Assembly: GCA_030150665.1 (NCBI GenBank)
Contig: JASLFJ010000029.1
Location: 1 to 63,061, forward strand
Length of the DNA stretch: 63,061 bases
Reading direction: 5' to 3'
Origin: Enterococcaceae bacterium
GTDB lineage: Bacteria; Bacillota; Bacilli; Lactobacillales; Catellicoccaceae
Under the pieces are notes generated by a model. That model searched no databases, was not told the origin of the DNA, and saw only the letters and a list, made by a program, of their open reading frames with translations. Position numbers and translations under genes: made by a program. Below are positions 1-9,537 of the stretch, piece by piece. Each line of letters opens with the position of its first letter. Positions within the stretch are counted from its first letter, which is position 1.

Positions 1-610
1 AAAACTTAGGATTAGCGTAGACAGTTCCATCTGAAAGAATAGCAAAATCTTTCAAACCGAGATCTATACCTACAGAAGCATCTGTTTTTTCTAACGGTTG
101 TACTTCTGTTTCTACAAGAATGGATATGAAATATTTCCCACTGGGATTACGTCTCATAGTTGCATTAAGAATACGACCTTCTACTTCACGACTTTTTGCA
201 AAACGAATCCATCCAAGTTTAGGTAATTTGATGTTATGACCCTCAATAGCAATATTGCCATTTGTATACTTTGTCGTGTAAGATTGAACAGGATTTTTCT
301 TCGACTTAAAACGAGGTCTATTGTTTTGTTGCTTAAAGAAGCGAGCATAAGTGTCAGCAAGATTTTTTAACGATGATTGAATTGCAATACTATCTACTTC
401 TTTTAGCCAAGTTAATTCTTTTTTAAGTTGTGTTAACTGAAGAGAACAAGTACGATAAGTTAACCCTTTTCCTGTTTCTTTGTAAGTATTGTCCCATTTT
501 GCTAAAAAATGATTAAATACAAATCGAGAACACCCCAATGTTTTATGAATTAATATTTCTTGTTCTTTGTTTGGATAGATTCTAAATTTATACGCTTTAT
601 GTACCATCAT
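1..610 (-). CDS. tnpB: TnpB/OrfB (IS605-family RNA-guided endonuclease-like protein), N-terminal ~203 codons. The C-terminus is outside the window
   Basis: My own translation from ATG at 608-610 gives MMVHKAYKFRIYPNKEQEILIHKTLGCSRFVFNHFLAKWDNTYKETGKGLTY...KTDASVGIDLGLKDFAILSDGTVYANPKF. This is a typical OrfB_IS605 N-terminus including the first RuvC motif GIDLG. The frame stays open to the window edge and is not in the ORF track because it is truncated. Confidence 0.85.
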   Translation of the reverse strand, partial: MMVHKAYKFRIYPNKEQEILIHKTLGCSRFVFNHFLAKWDNTYKETGKGLTYRTCSLQLTQLKKELTWLKEVDSIAIQSSLKNLADTYARFFKQQNNRPRFKSKKNPVQSYTTKYTNGNIAIEGHNIKLPKLGWIRFAKSREVEGRILNATMRRNPSGKYFISILVETEVQPLEKTDASVGIDLGLKDFAILSDGTVYANPKF

Positions 611-649
611 TGATGTTCACCTCTTTTTTGTAAATATCAAAAAAAGTTA

Positions 650-967
650 TTATTAAAAGTCGGTGATGATATTCAAGCTGAAATCGAATCAACAGCTAAT
701 CATTACGGTTGGCAAGTTACTAAACAAGAAATAGACCAAGACCCTATTCATATTCTAATCAGATATTCCCCGAAATGGAGTATTCTTGAAATCGTTAGAT
801 GATTGAAGCAACTCACAACTTATCGAATGCGTTAAAAGCATAACACATATCTTTCTCAGCATTTTTGGAAAGAATGAACCTTTTGGAGTGATGGATATTT
901 TTCTTGTATTATTGGAAATGTAAGCAAAGAGATTATCCTAAAATATATTCAAGAACAAGGTCATTAG
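650..967 (+). pseudogene. tnpA: IS200-type Y1 (HUH) transposase TnpA remnant, 5'-truncated with three in-frame stops
   Basis: The frame reads KKLLLKVGDDIQAEIESTANHYGWQVTKQEIDQDPIHILIRYSPKWSILEIVR*LKQLTTYRMR*KHNTYLSQHFWKE*TFWSDGYFSCIIGNVSKEIILKYIQEQGH*. Stops are at 800-802 (TGA), 833-835 (TAA) and 875-877 (TGA). The first ~30-40 aa of a normal TnpA are missing and the HUH position reads PIH. Confidence 0.7.
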
Positions 968-976
968 GGCTTACAT

Positions 977-999
977 CCCCTAGCCTAAAGGCATAGGGG
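977..999. repeat. Imperfect hairpin CCCCTAGCCT-AA-AGGC(A)TAGGGG, a candidate IS200/IS605 subterminal end structure
   Basis: Inverted repeat read directly. It is preceded by TTAC at 971-974 and lies 10 nt after the tnpA remnant stop. Confidence 0.45.
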
Positions 1000-1012
1000 T
1001 TTTGCGCCAATC

Positions 1013-2167
1013 TTATAAAACGCGAACACCAAAACTTGGTGTGTAATCTGAAATAGATGTATATTTTACAGATTCACCTGGCTGTGGCGCATGAATATAT
1101 TGTCCATTTCCAGTATAAATACCAACATGATACGTAGCTCCTCTAGGACCAAAAAAGACGAGATCTCCTGGGCTTAGTTGGTTTATAGGAACAACTGTTC
1201 CAGAAAATTCTTGTGCTGTCGTTACCCTTGGTAAACTCACCCCATTTTGAGCAAAAACATATTGGGTAAAGCCAGAACAATCAAAACCAGATGGAGTGCT
1301 CCCTCCCCAAACATAAGGAACACCTAAATACTGAGCTGCTGTTGTTGGAATCCCTTGTACAGAAGCACTTGCTTGCACTAAAGCAGCAGCTGCCGGTTGA
1401 TTGTCTTGTTTTTGTTGTTCTTGAACTTGTCTTGCTTGTGCTTGAGCTAGTTCATTTAATCGTTCTTGTTCTTTACGCTCTTGTTCTAAGCGCTCTTTTT
1501 TTTGAATGAGCTCTGCTCGTTTTGCTTGTTCTGTTTCTTTTTCTAAAGCAATCGTTTGTTTTAAAATTTCACTGTTTCGCTGTTTTGTTTCTAAATCATT
1601 TTTTTTACGTTCTAATGTTGTAATATTTTTCTGTAATGCTTGTAGCTTTTCTTCTAACTGATGCTGCTTATCTGCTAATAGTTGTTTATCAGCTTCTTGT
1701 TGTTGCATCATATGTTGTTGGGCACTTACTAATTTATTAGCAGCAACAACACGTGTTAAAACACGTGTCACTGATTCTGAATTTAAAATATAAGATAATA
1801 ACTTTTGATCAGGCCCATCAACTTGCATTGATCGTGCTTGATCTCGAATCACTTGCTCACGTTCTTCAATGCGTATTTGCAACTCATCCATTGCTTCTGT
1901 TAATGATTGAATTTGATCTCGAATGGTCAATTGTTGTTGTTCAAGTACTGCTGCTTCTGCTAAGATCTCTTGAATTTCTTGATCAATTTGCTGCAATTCT
2001 GCTGTTAATGATTGTTCTTGTACTGTTAAATGCTCAATTTTTTTATCTTTTTGAACAATATCATCATCAATAGGCTCAGCATAAACCCATTGCATGCTAA
2101 AACAGCTAATTCCTAAAACTCCTACAAATTGCCATAATCTTTGTTTTCTCACCAATCTATCCTCCAC
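1013..2167 (-). CDS. Secreted coiled-coil plus C-terminal NlpC/P60 D,L-endopeptidase (CwlO/PcsB-like architecture)
   Basis: N-terminal signal/TM segment and a long Q/E-rich heptad region. The C-terminus reads YLGVPYVWGGSTPSGFDCSGFTQYVF...YHVGIYTGNGQYIHAP, which carries the NlpC/P60 Cys-His core. Confidence 0.85.
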   Translation of the reverse strand: MEDRLVRKQRLWQFVGVLGISCFSMQWVYAEPIDDDIVQKDKKIEHLTVQEQSLTAELQQIDQEIQEILAEAAVLEQQQLTIRDQIQSLTEAMDELQIRIEEREQVIRDQARSMQVDGPDQKLLSYILNSESVTRVLTRVVAANKLVSAQQHMMQQQEADKQLLADKQHQLEEKLQALQKNITTLERKKNDLETKQRNSEILKQTIALEKETEQAKRAELIQKKERLEQERKEQERLNELAQAQARQVQEQQKQDNQPAAAALVQASASVQGIPTTAAQYLGVPYVWGGSTPSGFDCSGFTQYVFAQNGVSLPRVTTAQEFSGTVVPINQLSPGDLVFFGPRGATYHVGIYTGNGQYIHAPQPGESVKYTSISDYTPSFGVRVL

Positions 2168-2276
2168 ATACTAAATCTTATTTACAACTACCCACATAAA
2201 CCAATAACATCGATATTCTAGCACACCTTACATCAAGAATCTAGTTCTTTAAGATAACAAAACAACAACATTTTCA

Positions 2277-2783
2277 TTAAAGATTCATTAATTTACGCAT
2301 AGGATAATACAATAAAATAAATAAAATCGTATTTAATGCTAGTGTCGGTCCTAGATCATGAATAATAAAAGAAACCGTTGAAACATGAATCAGTTGAAAA
2401 ATATTTTGTAATAAAAATGTGCTACCTTCCATTAAGGTAATAAAAATAATCATACTGCCTAATAGCGATAAAAATGAAGGAGAGACATGTTTAAAAATCC
2501 AATAAATAAATAAAACAATAATCGGTAATACAAACGCTTGAATGCCTAATAATCCGTAATAATAACTATCATATAATAAACCCATAAATGTACTCACCCA
2601 TAAAAGATAAGTTCTTGAACAGTGAAAAGAGGCAATTAAAATCGCAAAAAGTAATAAATGAATATTAAAGCTAATATCATTTTTAGCAATAATCTTCATC
2701 AAAAAACTTAGCTGACCATCTAAAAACATCAACATATAAAAAATAATCGGTAGACTCCACATCCAAATTCGTGACTGACTCAT
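2277..2783 (-). CDS. mreD: Rod shape-determining protein MreD
   Basis: 168-aa polytopic membrane protein that overlaps the mreC stop by 4 nt. Confidence 0.7.
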   Translation of the reverse strand: MSQSRIWMWSLPIIFYMLMFLDGQLSFLMKIIAKNDISFNIHLLLFAILIASFHCSRTYLLWVSTFMGLLYDSYYYGLLGIQAFVLPIIVLFIYWIFKHVSPSFLSLLGSMIIFITLMEGSTFLLQNIFQLIHVSTVSFIIHDLGPTLALNTILFILLYYPMRKLMNL

Positions 2784-3649
2784 GATTCATCACTTCCAGC
2801 TAAACGTTTAATGACCGTCACGGCTGTAAGATCATAAGTAGGAGTGCCTGGAGTCACATAAACTTCTTTTTCTAGCCCAAAATCAGTATCTTTAATCGCT
2901 TTAACTGTACCTACATAAAGTCCTCTTGGAGATTTACCACCCAGTCCTGATGTTGTTACTTCATCTCCAGGCTGTACATTAGAAACAGCAGATGTTAATT
3001 GCTTAATCACTAAAGCATCTTCTTCTTCATCATATTCTGATAAAATGCCATAAGCAATATCCCCTTCTTTAGGCAAAATCATAACTGGAAAATGATTGGC
3101 ATTTTGATTTGATGTTGTTAACAACTCTACTTTAGCTGAATGCTCATTGACCGATAAAATTCGACCAATTAAGCCTTTACTTCCCATAACTGGCATATCA
3201 ATACCAATTCCATCTTGCGATCCTTTGTCAATAATTAATATATTTTGCCATGTATCTGGTGAGCGATCAATGACGCTTGCATTAATGCGTTCAAAATTAG
3301 ATAACGTCGCATCTAGAGCTAGTTGATCTTTTAATTGCTCATTTTCTTGTTTATAAGCAATATTTTCACTGCGCATATTCTCAAATTCATCTAATTGTTT
3401 TTTTAATCTTTGATTTTCTTCATATGTTGCAGACACATATTGTAACGCCCCTACAAAATCTCTTGTTTTATGAATGGGCCAAGCTACAATTTTATCAGAA
3501 GTAACCATAATATCATTGACAAAACGCTGCACCCCTGATTCATTTTCTCCTTGATTTCTTCGCGTTGCAGTCACAGTTACTAATAACACAACGACTAAAA
3601 CAATGAGCAAAGCAATAATAATCCGCTTATTTGAATTGATTTTTTTCAC
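2780..3649 (-). CDS. mreC: Rod shape-determining protein MreC
   Basis: N-terminal TM segment, a coiled coil (ENQRLKKQLDEFENM) and the beta-barrel motif GMPVMGSKGLIGRI...GLGGKSPRGLYVGTV. Confidence 0.85.
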   Translation of the reverse strand: MKKINSNKRIIIALLIVLVVVLLVTVTATRRNQGENESGVQRFVNDIMVTSDKIVAWPIHKTRDFVGALQYVSATYEENQRLKKQLDEFENMRSENIAYKQENEQLKDQLALDATLSNFERINASVIDRSPDTWQNILIIDKGSQDGIGIDMPVMGSKGLIGRILSVNEHSAKVELLTTSNQNANHFPVMILPKEGDIAYGILSEYDEEEDALVIKQLTSAVSNVQPGDEVTTSGLGGKSPRGLYVGTVKAIKDTDFGLEKEVYVTPGTPTYDLTAVTVIKRLAGSDES

Positions 3650-3681
3650 AGGCTTCCCCTCTTTTTCTTCTAATCCAACAG

Positions 3682-4602
3682 TTATTGATCACGCCCTAAA
3701 ACGCGGACTTCAGTTTCTAAACGCACCTTAAATTGTTGCCAAATTTGGTCTTGAATATATTGAATTAACGTTAAATAATCCGTTGCTGTTGCATGATCAA
3801 TATTGACAATAAATCCTGCATGTTTGGTCGATACTTGAGCTCCACCAATTTGATACCCTTGAAGGCCTGCTTGTTGAATGAGTTGTCCTGTATAATGTCC
3901 TTCTGGTCGTTTAAATACACTACCGCAAGATGGGTACTCTAAAGGTTGCTTATCTTCTCTACGACACGTTAAATCTTCTCGAATAGCATCAATCTGTGCT
4001 TGATCTCCATATTCTAGTAAAAAAGTAGCCGATAATAAAATCTCTCCGGTTTCTTGTAACCGACTATGTCGGTAAGAAAAAGCCATCTCTTCATTTGTAT
4101 ATCGGTGTAACACGCCTTCTGGAGTTAATACATCTGCATAAAGCAAACAATCTTTAATCTCCCCACCATAAGCGCCTGCATTCATATAGACTGCTCCACC
4201 AATGCTTCCTGGAATCCCACAAGCAAATTCTAATCCTTGTAATTCATGCTCTGCAGCTAAGCGACTGACTTCAATTAAAGAAGCACCTGCTTCTGCTGTA
4301 ATCACACGGTCTTTAATATGAACTTCTTTACATTGATCAAACAAAATAACAACGCCTTCAACGCCACCATCTCGAACAATCACATTACTGGCATTACCTA
4401 AAACAAGCCACGGAATATGATGTTGATTACAAAATAAAATTAATGATTGACATTCTTCTGCATTTGTTGGGTGAGCAATAACATCTGCAGGCCCACCTGT
4501 TTTTGTATATGTATAATCAGCTAATGATTGATCTGATTCTAAAAACATCATTGGAAATTTTTGTTGTATTGTATGAGCTAGTTGATTCATACATGTATTC
4601 AT
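3682..4602 (-). CDS. murB: UDP-N-acetylenolpyruvoylglucosamine reductase
   Basis: FAD-binding PCMH-type domain (YTKTGGPADV, GNASNVIV) and the MurB C-terminus (SCGSVFKRP...GGAQVSTKHAGFIVN). Confidence 0.9.
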   Translation of the reverse strand: MNTCMNQLAHTIQQKFPMMFLESDQSLADYTYTKTGGPADVIAHPTNAEECQSLILFCNQHHIPWLVLGNASNVIVRDGGVEGVVILFDQCKEVHIKDRVITAEAGASLIEVSRLAAEHELQGLEFACGIPGSIGGAVYMNAGAYGGEIKDCLLYADVLTPEGVLHRYTNEEMAFSYRHSRLQETGEILLSATFLLEYGDQAQIDAIREDLTCRREDKQPLEYPSCGSVFKRPEGHYTGQLIQQAGLQGYQIGGAQVSTKHAGFIVNIDHATATDYLTLIQYIQDQIWQQFKVRLETEVRVLGRDQ

Positions 4603-4803
4603 CCTCTCTTTATCTTCATCATTTTATCATGTTTCTAATGATTGTGCCATCTGATTTATAGATCCCAAAGATCTTTGTTACAGATAAAAAGAGCTATAGC
4701 TTCACTACTTTTAACAGATAGCATTGCTCGACTGTCTTTTGAAAAAATGATACACTATCAACAAAATACAGTTTTTATTTATGATTTTACAAGGGGGATT
4801 TAT

Positions 4804-5679
4804 ATGATTGAAATGATTGCATCAGATATGGATGGTACATTACTTAATGCACAAATGGAGATTTCTCTAGAAAATCAAGCTGCAATTCAATATGCAACAG
4901 AACAGGGAATCCAATTTGTTATTGCTACGGGACGAGGAATTACAGAAGCACTTCCTCCTCTGCAAGCTGCAAATATTTCGTGTCCGATGATTACAGGAAA
5001 TGGGGCACAAGTATTTGATCAGCACGGTCAGCTCTTATTTTCTTATCCCATCGATCCAGATGATGCTGTATCTATTATTGATAAGTTAAATGAAGAACAG
5101 CTCTATTTTGAATTAGCTACGAGTCAAGGAGTCTTTTCTAATAACCGAACACAACGCATTTCTATGGCAACCAGTATGATTGGCATGACCTTACCTCATC
5201 TGACACATAAAATGGCACTTAGTATGGCTGTTGCTGTGCTTGATGAATTTCAAATCCATTATATCGACAGTTATGATCAATTACTGCGCCAACCAGATAT
5301 TGATATTTTAAAAATATTTGTCTTTTCTGAATATGGCACCTCTCGTTTACTGCCCATTCAACAAAAACTAAATGAACACTATACATTATCTATTACTGCT
5401 TCTGGTGCTAATAATTTAGAAATTAATGCCCCTCAAGCCACAAAAGGAAACGCTGTTTTAAAACTTGCAAAACACCTCAATATTCAAGAATCACAAATTA
5501 TGACTTTAGGAGATAACATCAATGACTTAAGTATGTTAGCATTAGATGGTGTTACGGTTGCTATGGAAAATGGTTCTGAACAAGCAAAATCGACAGCTAA
5601 ATATATGACACATGCTAATTTAGATCACGGGGTAGCTCATGCCATTTATCAAGTCATCAATGGACAATGGACACCTTAA
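4804..5679 (+). CDS. Cof-type HAD-IIB sugar phosphatase
   Basis: DMDGTLL motif I, ATGR motif II and GDNINDLSM motif IV. I moved the start to ATG 4804 behind AGGGGG, because the 54-codon N-terminal extension in the ORF track has no HAD homology. Confidence 0.8.
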   Translation: MIEMIASDMDGTLLNAQMEISLENQAAIQYATEQGIQFVIATGRGITEALPPLQAANISCPMITGNGAQVFDQHGQLLFSYPIDPDDAVSIIDKLNEEQLYFELATSQGVFSNNRTQRISMATSMIGMTLPHLTHKMALSMAVAVLDEFQIHYIDSYDQLLRQPDIDILKIFVFSEYGTSRLLPIQQKLNEHYTLSITASGANNLEINAPQATKGNAVLKLAKHLNIQESQIMTLGDNINDLSMLALDGVTVAMENGSEQAKSTAKYMTHANLDHGVAHAIYQVINGQWTP

Positions 5680-5690
5680 GGGGTTAGTTT

Positions 5691-6254
5691 ATGACCAAAT
5701 TATTTTTTAAACATCCAAAAAATAACACATACTATCATCAAATTCCAGTTTATCAGTTAACAAATAAACAAGTCCGCTTTATCATTCATGGAAGATGGGG
5801 ACAGGCTGGAGATCAACTAACCATTTATAATCATCAGTACCAACCCGTCCTGACATTAAAACAACCAAAACCGCCTTATCCGTATCACTTTTTTATTTAT
5901 CAAGATCAAGAATTAATTGCAGAACTCAAAAAACATGTTCCACTTCCGGTTCCTATTTATTTTTTAAGACAATTAAACTGGGTCATTTTAGAAGTTAAAG
6001 AACATCATTATATCGTGCGGAATGTTACAAAACAGCTGATGACTATCACTCAAAAGCACCATCAAAATGATACAGCATATGAGCTTTCTATCTTTAATCA
6101 GCATCACGAAGCCATAGGTATTGCTATAGCATTAATTTTAACGCACTTTTCAACATCTTCAGCACAAGATCAAGCTGCTTATCCTAGAGAAATTTTACCA
6201 GACATTGCATTATCTTCTTATCAAATCACTCCGAAAAAAAAGAATGAACCTTAA
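5691..6254 (+). CDS. Hypothetical protein, possibly tubby-like/YxjI (LURP-one-related) fold
   Basis: 187-aa ORF 11 nt after the HAD gene. The alternating beta-strand pattern and hydrophobic C-terminal helix resemble YxjI-type proteins. The family call is weak. Confidence 0.4.
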   Translation: MTKLFFKHPKNNTYYHQIPVYQLTNKQVRFIIHGRWGQAGDQLTIYNHQYQPVLTLKQPKPPYPYHFFIYQDQELIAELKKHVPLPVPIYFLRQLNWVILEVKEHHYIVRNVTKQLMTITQKHHQNDTAYELSIFNQHHEAIGIAIALILTHFSTSSAQDQAAYPREILPDIALSSYQITPKKKNEP

Positions 6255-6258
6255 TCGG

Positions 6259-6756
6259 TCATTCTTTTTTATTTTGTGCATAAGCATCATAAATATCTTG
6301 AACTAAAGCTTCTGGAACATAGGAACGAATATCACCTTGATAATACAATAATTCTCGAACTAAACTTGAGCTAATCATTTGATACTCAGGTTCTGTAAAT
6401 AAACAGAGAGTTTCTAAATAAGGAGGATAGGTATGTAATATGTTTGCTAAATTTTGTTCATAAATAAAGTCTTGTGTATTTCTTATTCCTCGAATACAAC
6501 ACGTTACTCCTAATGCTTTGGCAATATCTGCTGTTAACTGATCTGTATTTTGTACAACCGTCACATTTAAATGACTCGTCACCTGCTGAACCCATTTTGT
6601 TCTTAGCGGTAACGAAAAATACGATTGCTTTTGCGTATTATGAGTTACAGAAATATACAAATGATCAAATAACAAAGCAGCTCGTTCTATGAGTGCCAAA
6701 TGTCCTTTAGTAATCGGATCAAAACTTCCGGTTATCAGGGCCTGCTTTTCATTCAT
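6259..6756 (-). CDS. coaD: Phosphopantetheine adenylyltransferase
   Basis: GSFDPITKGHLALIERA (T/HxGH nucleotidyltransferase motif) and the C-terminal ISSSLVRE motif. Confidence 0.9.
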   Translation of the reverse strand: MNEKQALITGSFDPITKGHLALIERAALLFDHLYISVTHNTQKQSYFSLPLRTKWVQQVTSHLNVTVVQNTDQLTADIAKALGVTCCIRGIRNTQDFIYEQNLANILHTYPPYLETLCLFTEPEYQMISSSLVRELLYYQGDIRSYVPEALVQDIYDAYAQNKKE

Positions 6757-7318
6757 CTTGATCTACTCCTACCCACCGATAGATCTTAATTTGTGTATTT
6801 CCATAATATTTATGACGATAAAGTTCATATCCAAAAAGATCATCTGGAATAAAGTCTCGTTTATCTAATTCACAAACAACAAATGCGCCTTCTAAAAGCA
6901 ATTGATATTCAGCAAGTTTTTCCAGTAATTCAACTAGCTTCTGCTTAGCATATGGAGGATCTAAAAACACAAGATCCCACGTTGTTTTTTGTTGCTTTAA
7001 ATCGAATAAGGCTTTAAATGCATCTTGTTGCATCATATGTACTTGCTTAGGGTTATCTAAACGCTCTATATTTTCTCGAATAATCCGAACCGCTTGAGGA
7101 TTTTTATCAACACAACAGGCTTGTTTTGCTCCTCTAGAAATAGCCTCAATGGCAAGAGCCCCACTTCCAGCATAAAGATCTAAAACATTAGCCTCAATTA
7201 CATAAGATTGTAACATATTAAATATAGCCGCTTTTACTTTATCACTAGTAGGACGTGTCTGCATGCCAGGTAACGTTTTTAATTTTTGCCCTCCAGCCGT
7301 TCCACCAATAATGCGCAT
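6749..7318 (-). CDS. rsmD: 16S rRNA (guanine966-N2)-methyltransferase RsmD (YlbH)
   Basis: MRIIGG...RPTSDKVKAAIFNML, LDLYAGSGALAIEAISRGA and DPPY motifs. It occupies the ylbH position upstream of coaD. Confidence 0.9.
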   Translation of the reverse strand: MRIIGGTAGGQKLKTLPGMQTRPTSDKVKAAIFNMLQSYVIEANVLDLYAGSGALAIEAISRGAKQACCVDKNPQAVRIIRENIERLDNPKQVHMMQQDAFKALFDLKQQKTTWDLVFLDPPYAKQKLVELLEKLAEYQLLLEGAFVVCELDKRDFIPDDLFGYELYRHKYYGNTQIKIYRWVGVDQDE

Positions 7319-7331
7319 GTTTACGCCTCCT

Positions 7332-7613
7332 TTAACATTCCATCTTACGCTCTTCTTGTAAAGTAAAATGATACTTATAAGAAGGTAAAATTTGAATGAC
7401 TTCTGGAATTTTCGTTAATATTTTTTGTATAAGATCTGCATAACTTCGCTCCACAGAAAGAACCACATAATTCATGTGATGAGAAATATATTGAATCCAT
7501 CCATACTGACTTAACTTATCAACATCATGGAGTGATTTCATCTCAATAATTAATGATGTACGTTCTATAATCCAATCTTTGGCAAGATGAGTGGCTTTAA
7601 ATTGATGCTCCAT
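7332..7613 (-). CDS. ylbG: UPF0298 protein YlbG (DUF2129)
   Basis: 93-aa ORF between the ylbF-like gene and rsmD, the same gene order as the B. subtilis ylbF-ylbG-ylbH-coaD cluster. Confidence 0.6.
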   Translation of the reverse strand: MEHQFKATHLAKDWIIERTSLIIEMKSLHDVDKLSQYGWIQYISHHMNYVVLSVERSYADLIQKILTKIPEVIQILPSYKYHFTLQEERKMEC

Positions 7614-8025
7614 GTTGACATCCTCCTTGACATTGACGTTTTAAAAAGGGTTGTCCTGAAATGACATTAATATGATCAGATACTGATTGAGCAATGGTTT
7701 CTGCTACACAATCATATAATTGTTGTAATTCATATTCTGAGGCCCGTAATTCTATAACACTTGGTATCATATCTAAAGCACGCTTTTCTTTTCTAAGCTC
7801 TCTTTGGTATTTTTTATAATCAGGAGCATGTGCACCGTAAGGTGCAATGGCATCAAATCGTTGCTTAGCTAATAAAAAACGCTCTTTTTGTTGTTGTGCA
7901 CCTAAATCCTGCTGAAATGCTTGATAAGCCGCTAAATAATTTTGATAAACCTGACTTTGATATATCGCTTCAATCAAATGATCTTTATCATCTTCTAAAA
8001 TAAGTAAATCACTATCGTAATTCAT
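7597..8025 (-). CDS. ylbF: YlbF/YmcA-family regulatory protein (RicF-like)
   Basis: 142-aa helical protein with a C-terminal Cys cluster (RQCQGGCQHG), in the ylbF position of the conserved cluster. Confidence 0.6.
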   Translation of the reverse strand: MNYDSDLLILEDDKDHLIEAIYQSQVYQNYLAAYQAFQQDLGAQQQKERFLLAKQRFDAIAPYGAHAPDYKKYQRELRKEKRALDMIPSVIELRASEYELQQLYDCVAETIAQSVSDHINVISGQPFLKRQCQGGCQHGASI

Positions 8026-8026
8026 A

Positions 8027-9160
8027 TCAATCTCCTATTTCTATTTTTGGATGTAACGCAGCATCACTGCTTGATACAAATAACAACATATCTTGATCAA
8101 ATGTAATTCCTAAATACCTTGCTTGCTCTTGTTGAAATATTGTTTGAAAGCTACGACGATTATACATACTCATAAGTAACCAGGGCAGGTCATAGGTAGG
8201 GGCATAAAAAACAGCTTGGTCAATCCAGTTTCGATGTGGCAATGTTTTAATAATAGGTTTTAAATCTTTTGTATTCAAATAAAAAACATGTTGCAAATTA
8301 ATATCTTCATATCGACTATCCCAAAATTCAATCTCTTCCATATTAAAAAAGGAAGCACTGTTTGCTAACAATTGTGTTAACATCTCTTGACTAATATCTA
8401 TCAATGCACTTCTTAAAATATAAGGGGAATAACCCTCTTTTACTCTTAAAATCGATAAAAGATTTAAAAACTGTCTTCGATTATCTAAATTAATAACTTG
8501 CCAATCTTGTTGCTTAGTATATGGAATATCTGGCAAATTTCCACTAATCAGTTGATAAGGCATCAGCCTCAACAAACGCTCCGCTGTTAAATAACGAATA
8601 GCCACCAGCTCTCCTGTCCAACGACTCATATGCAGTAAAGCAAAGGCATTATGATCAAACATAATCAAAGGCATTAAGGTTAACTGCTCCTCAGTTAACT
8701 CTATTTCATAAAGATGATCATCTACTTCAAATACAAAATCAGAATAAATAGGAGTCACTTCGGTTAATTCAGATAACTCCATACCCATTTTAAATGGAGT
8801 AATGGAGACTTGATCTCCTAAGACAAAAATTTCTTGGACTCGATCATGATCATAACTCACTTGAAAAAACTGATGCATATCTGCACCATAAATCCACCAC
8901 TCATAACCTAATCCTGTTAATATATGATCTTTAGGCTGACCAAACTCCGCTTCAAATTGTTCCCGGGACTGACCAATATATTGAGAAATACCTCCAAGAG
9001 AAACAGGCGTCTCATTTCGTATAATATGGGGTTTTAATGTGGTCGCATATTGCGATGTAGGAGGGGGAGGAGGAGATGTTAAATCTTTAATAATAGGATA
9101 ACTATAAAAAGCAACTAGACAAATCACTAATGAAATTAAAAATCGTTTTAACCGTGTCAC
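8027..9160 (-). CDS. Membrane-anchored YlbC-like protein (CAP-associated N-terminal domain plus a CAP/SCP-like C-terminal region)
   Basis: N-terminal TM segment, a PPPPP linker, then ISQYIGQSREQFEAEFGQP...WWIYG, which resembles the CAP_assoc_N pattern. The family call comes from memory of the motif only. Confidence 0.4.
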   Translation of the reverse strand: MTRLKRFLISLVICLVAFYSYPIIKDLTSPPPPPTSQYATTLKPHIIRNETPVSLGGISQYIGQSREQFEAEFGQPKDHILTGLGYEWWIYGADMHQFFQVSYDHDRVQEIFVLGDQVSITPFKMGMELSELTEVTPIYSDFVFEVDDHLYEIELTEEQLTLMPLIMFDHNAFALLHMSRWTGELVAIRYLTAERLLRLMPYQLISGNLPDIPYTKQQDWQVINLDNRRQFLNLLSILRVKEGYSPYILRSALIDISQEMLTQLLANSASFFNMEEIEFWDSRYEDINLQHVFYLNTKDLKPIIKTLPHRNWIDQAVFYAPTYDLPWLLMSMYNRRSFQTIFQQEQARYLGITFDQDMLLFVSSSDAALHPKIEIGD

Positions 9161-9495
9161 GATAGTCCTCTTTCATGATTTAATGCTGTATGATCTTGTA
9201 TTCGTTGTTCTTCACGCTGCTCATCATAAACTTCATTGTACATTTGATTGAGTGCATGCTCTAAGTGAGCTAACATTTTAGCACCTTCTGATTGACTAAT
9301 CGCATCAATCTTAACGGCATACATAATCTGCCTTGAATATCCATACATCTGTGTATCAATAACTTCTTCAAAGGCTTTACACTGTGCAATGCATAAATGA
9401 TACTGTTGATTTTCAATAATTTGTAATATTTTATCCGCTTCTTCTTCTAATACTTTTTTTGCTTTTTCTTGCCATAATAACGATGACACACTCAA
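9157..9495 (-). CDS. ylaN: UPF0358 protein YlaN
   Basis: CKAFEEVIDTQMYGYSRQIMYAVKIDAISQSEGAKMLAHLEHAL parallels B. subtilis YlaN ([33 protein letters not shown]..LE). Confidence 0.7.
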   Translation of the reverse strand: MSVSSLLWQEKAKKVLEEEADKILQIIENQQYHLCIAQCKAFEEVIDTQMYGYSRQIMYAVKIDAISQSEGAKMLAHLEHALNQMYNEVYDEQREEQRIQDHTALNHERGLS

Positions 9496-9537
9496 CCCCT
9501 CCTATAACTATTGCATTATTTTTATTATACCATAATC

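Larger units (their letters stand above)
1..999. mobile_element. IS200/IS605-family insertion sequence remnant (divergent tnpB and decayed tnpA plus a subterminal hairpin). The tnpB 3' part and that end of the element lie beyond the left window edge
   Basis: tnpB-like ORF on the minus strand at 1-610, tnpA-like frame with internal stops on the plus strand at 650-967, and a hairpin at 977-999 just past the tnpA remnant. Confidence 0.75.

Noticed and set aside
800-877. The idea that the two in-frame TGA codons in the tnpA remnant reflect a TGA=Trp (code 4) donor
   Set aside because: A TAA also interrupts the same frame, the N-terminus is deleted, and the HUH motif is mutated. The TGA positions are equally explained by CGA-to-TGA decay. 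Host genes clearly use TGA as a stop, for example at the end of trmB.
1291-2073. Plus-strand ORFs 1291-1509 and 1753-2073, antisense to the CwlO-like gene
   Set aside because: Leu/Val-rich antisense translation of a Gln/Glu-rich coiled-coil gene is a classic artefact.
4666-4677. Perfect 12-bp palindrome CAAAGATCTTTG in the murB/HAD divergent region
   Set aside because: Several such palindromes are expected by chance in 63 kb. This one has no defined relation to a promoter element and no partner regulator nearby.
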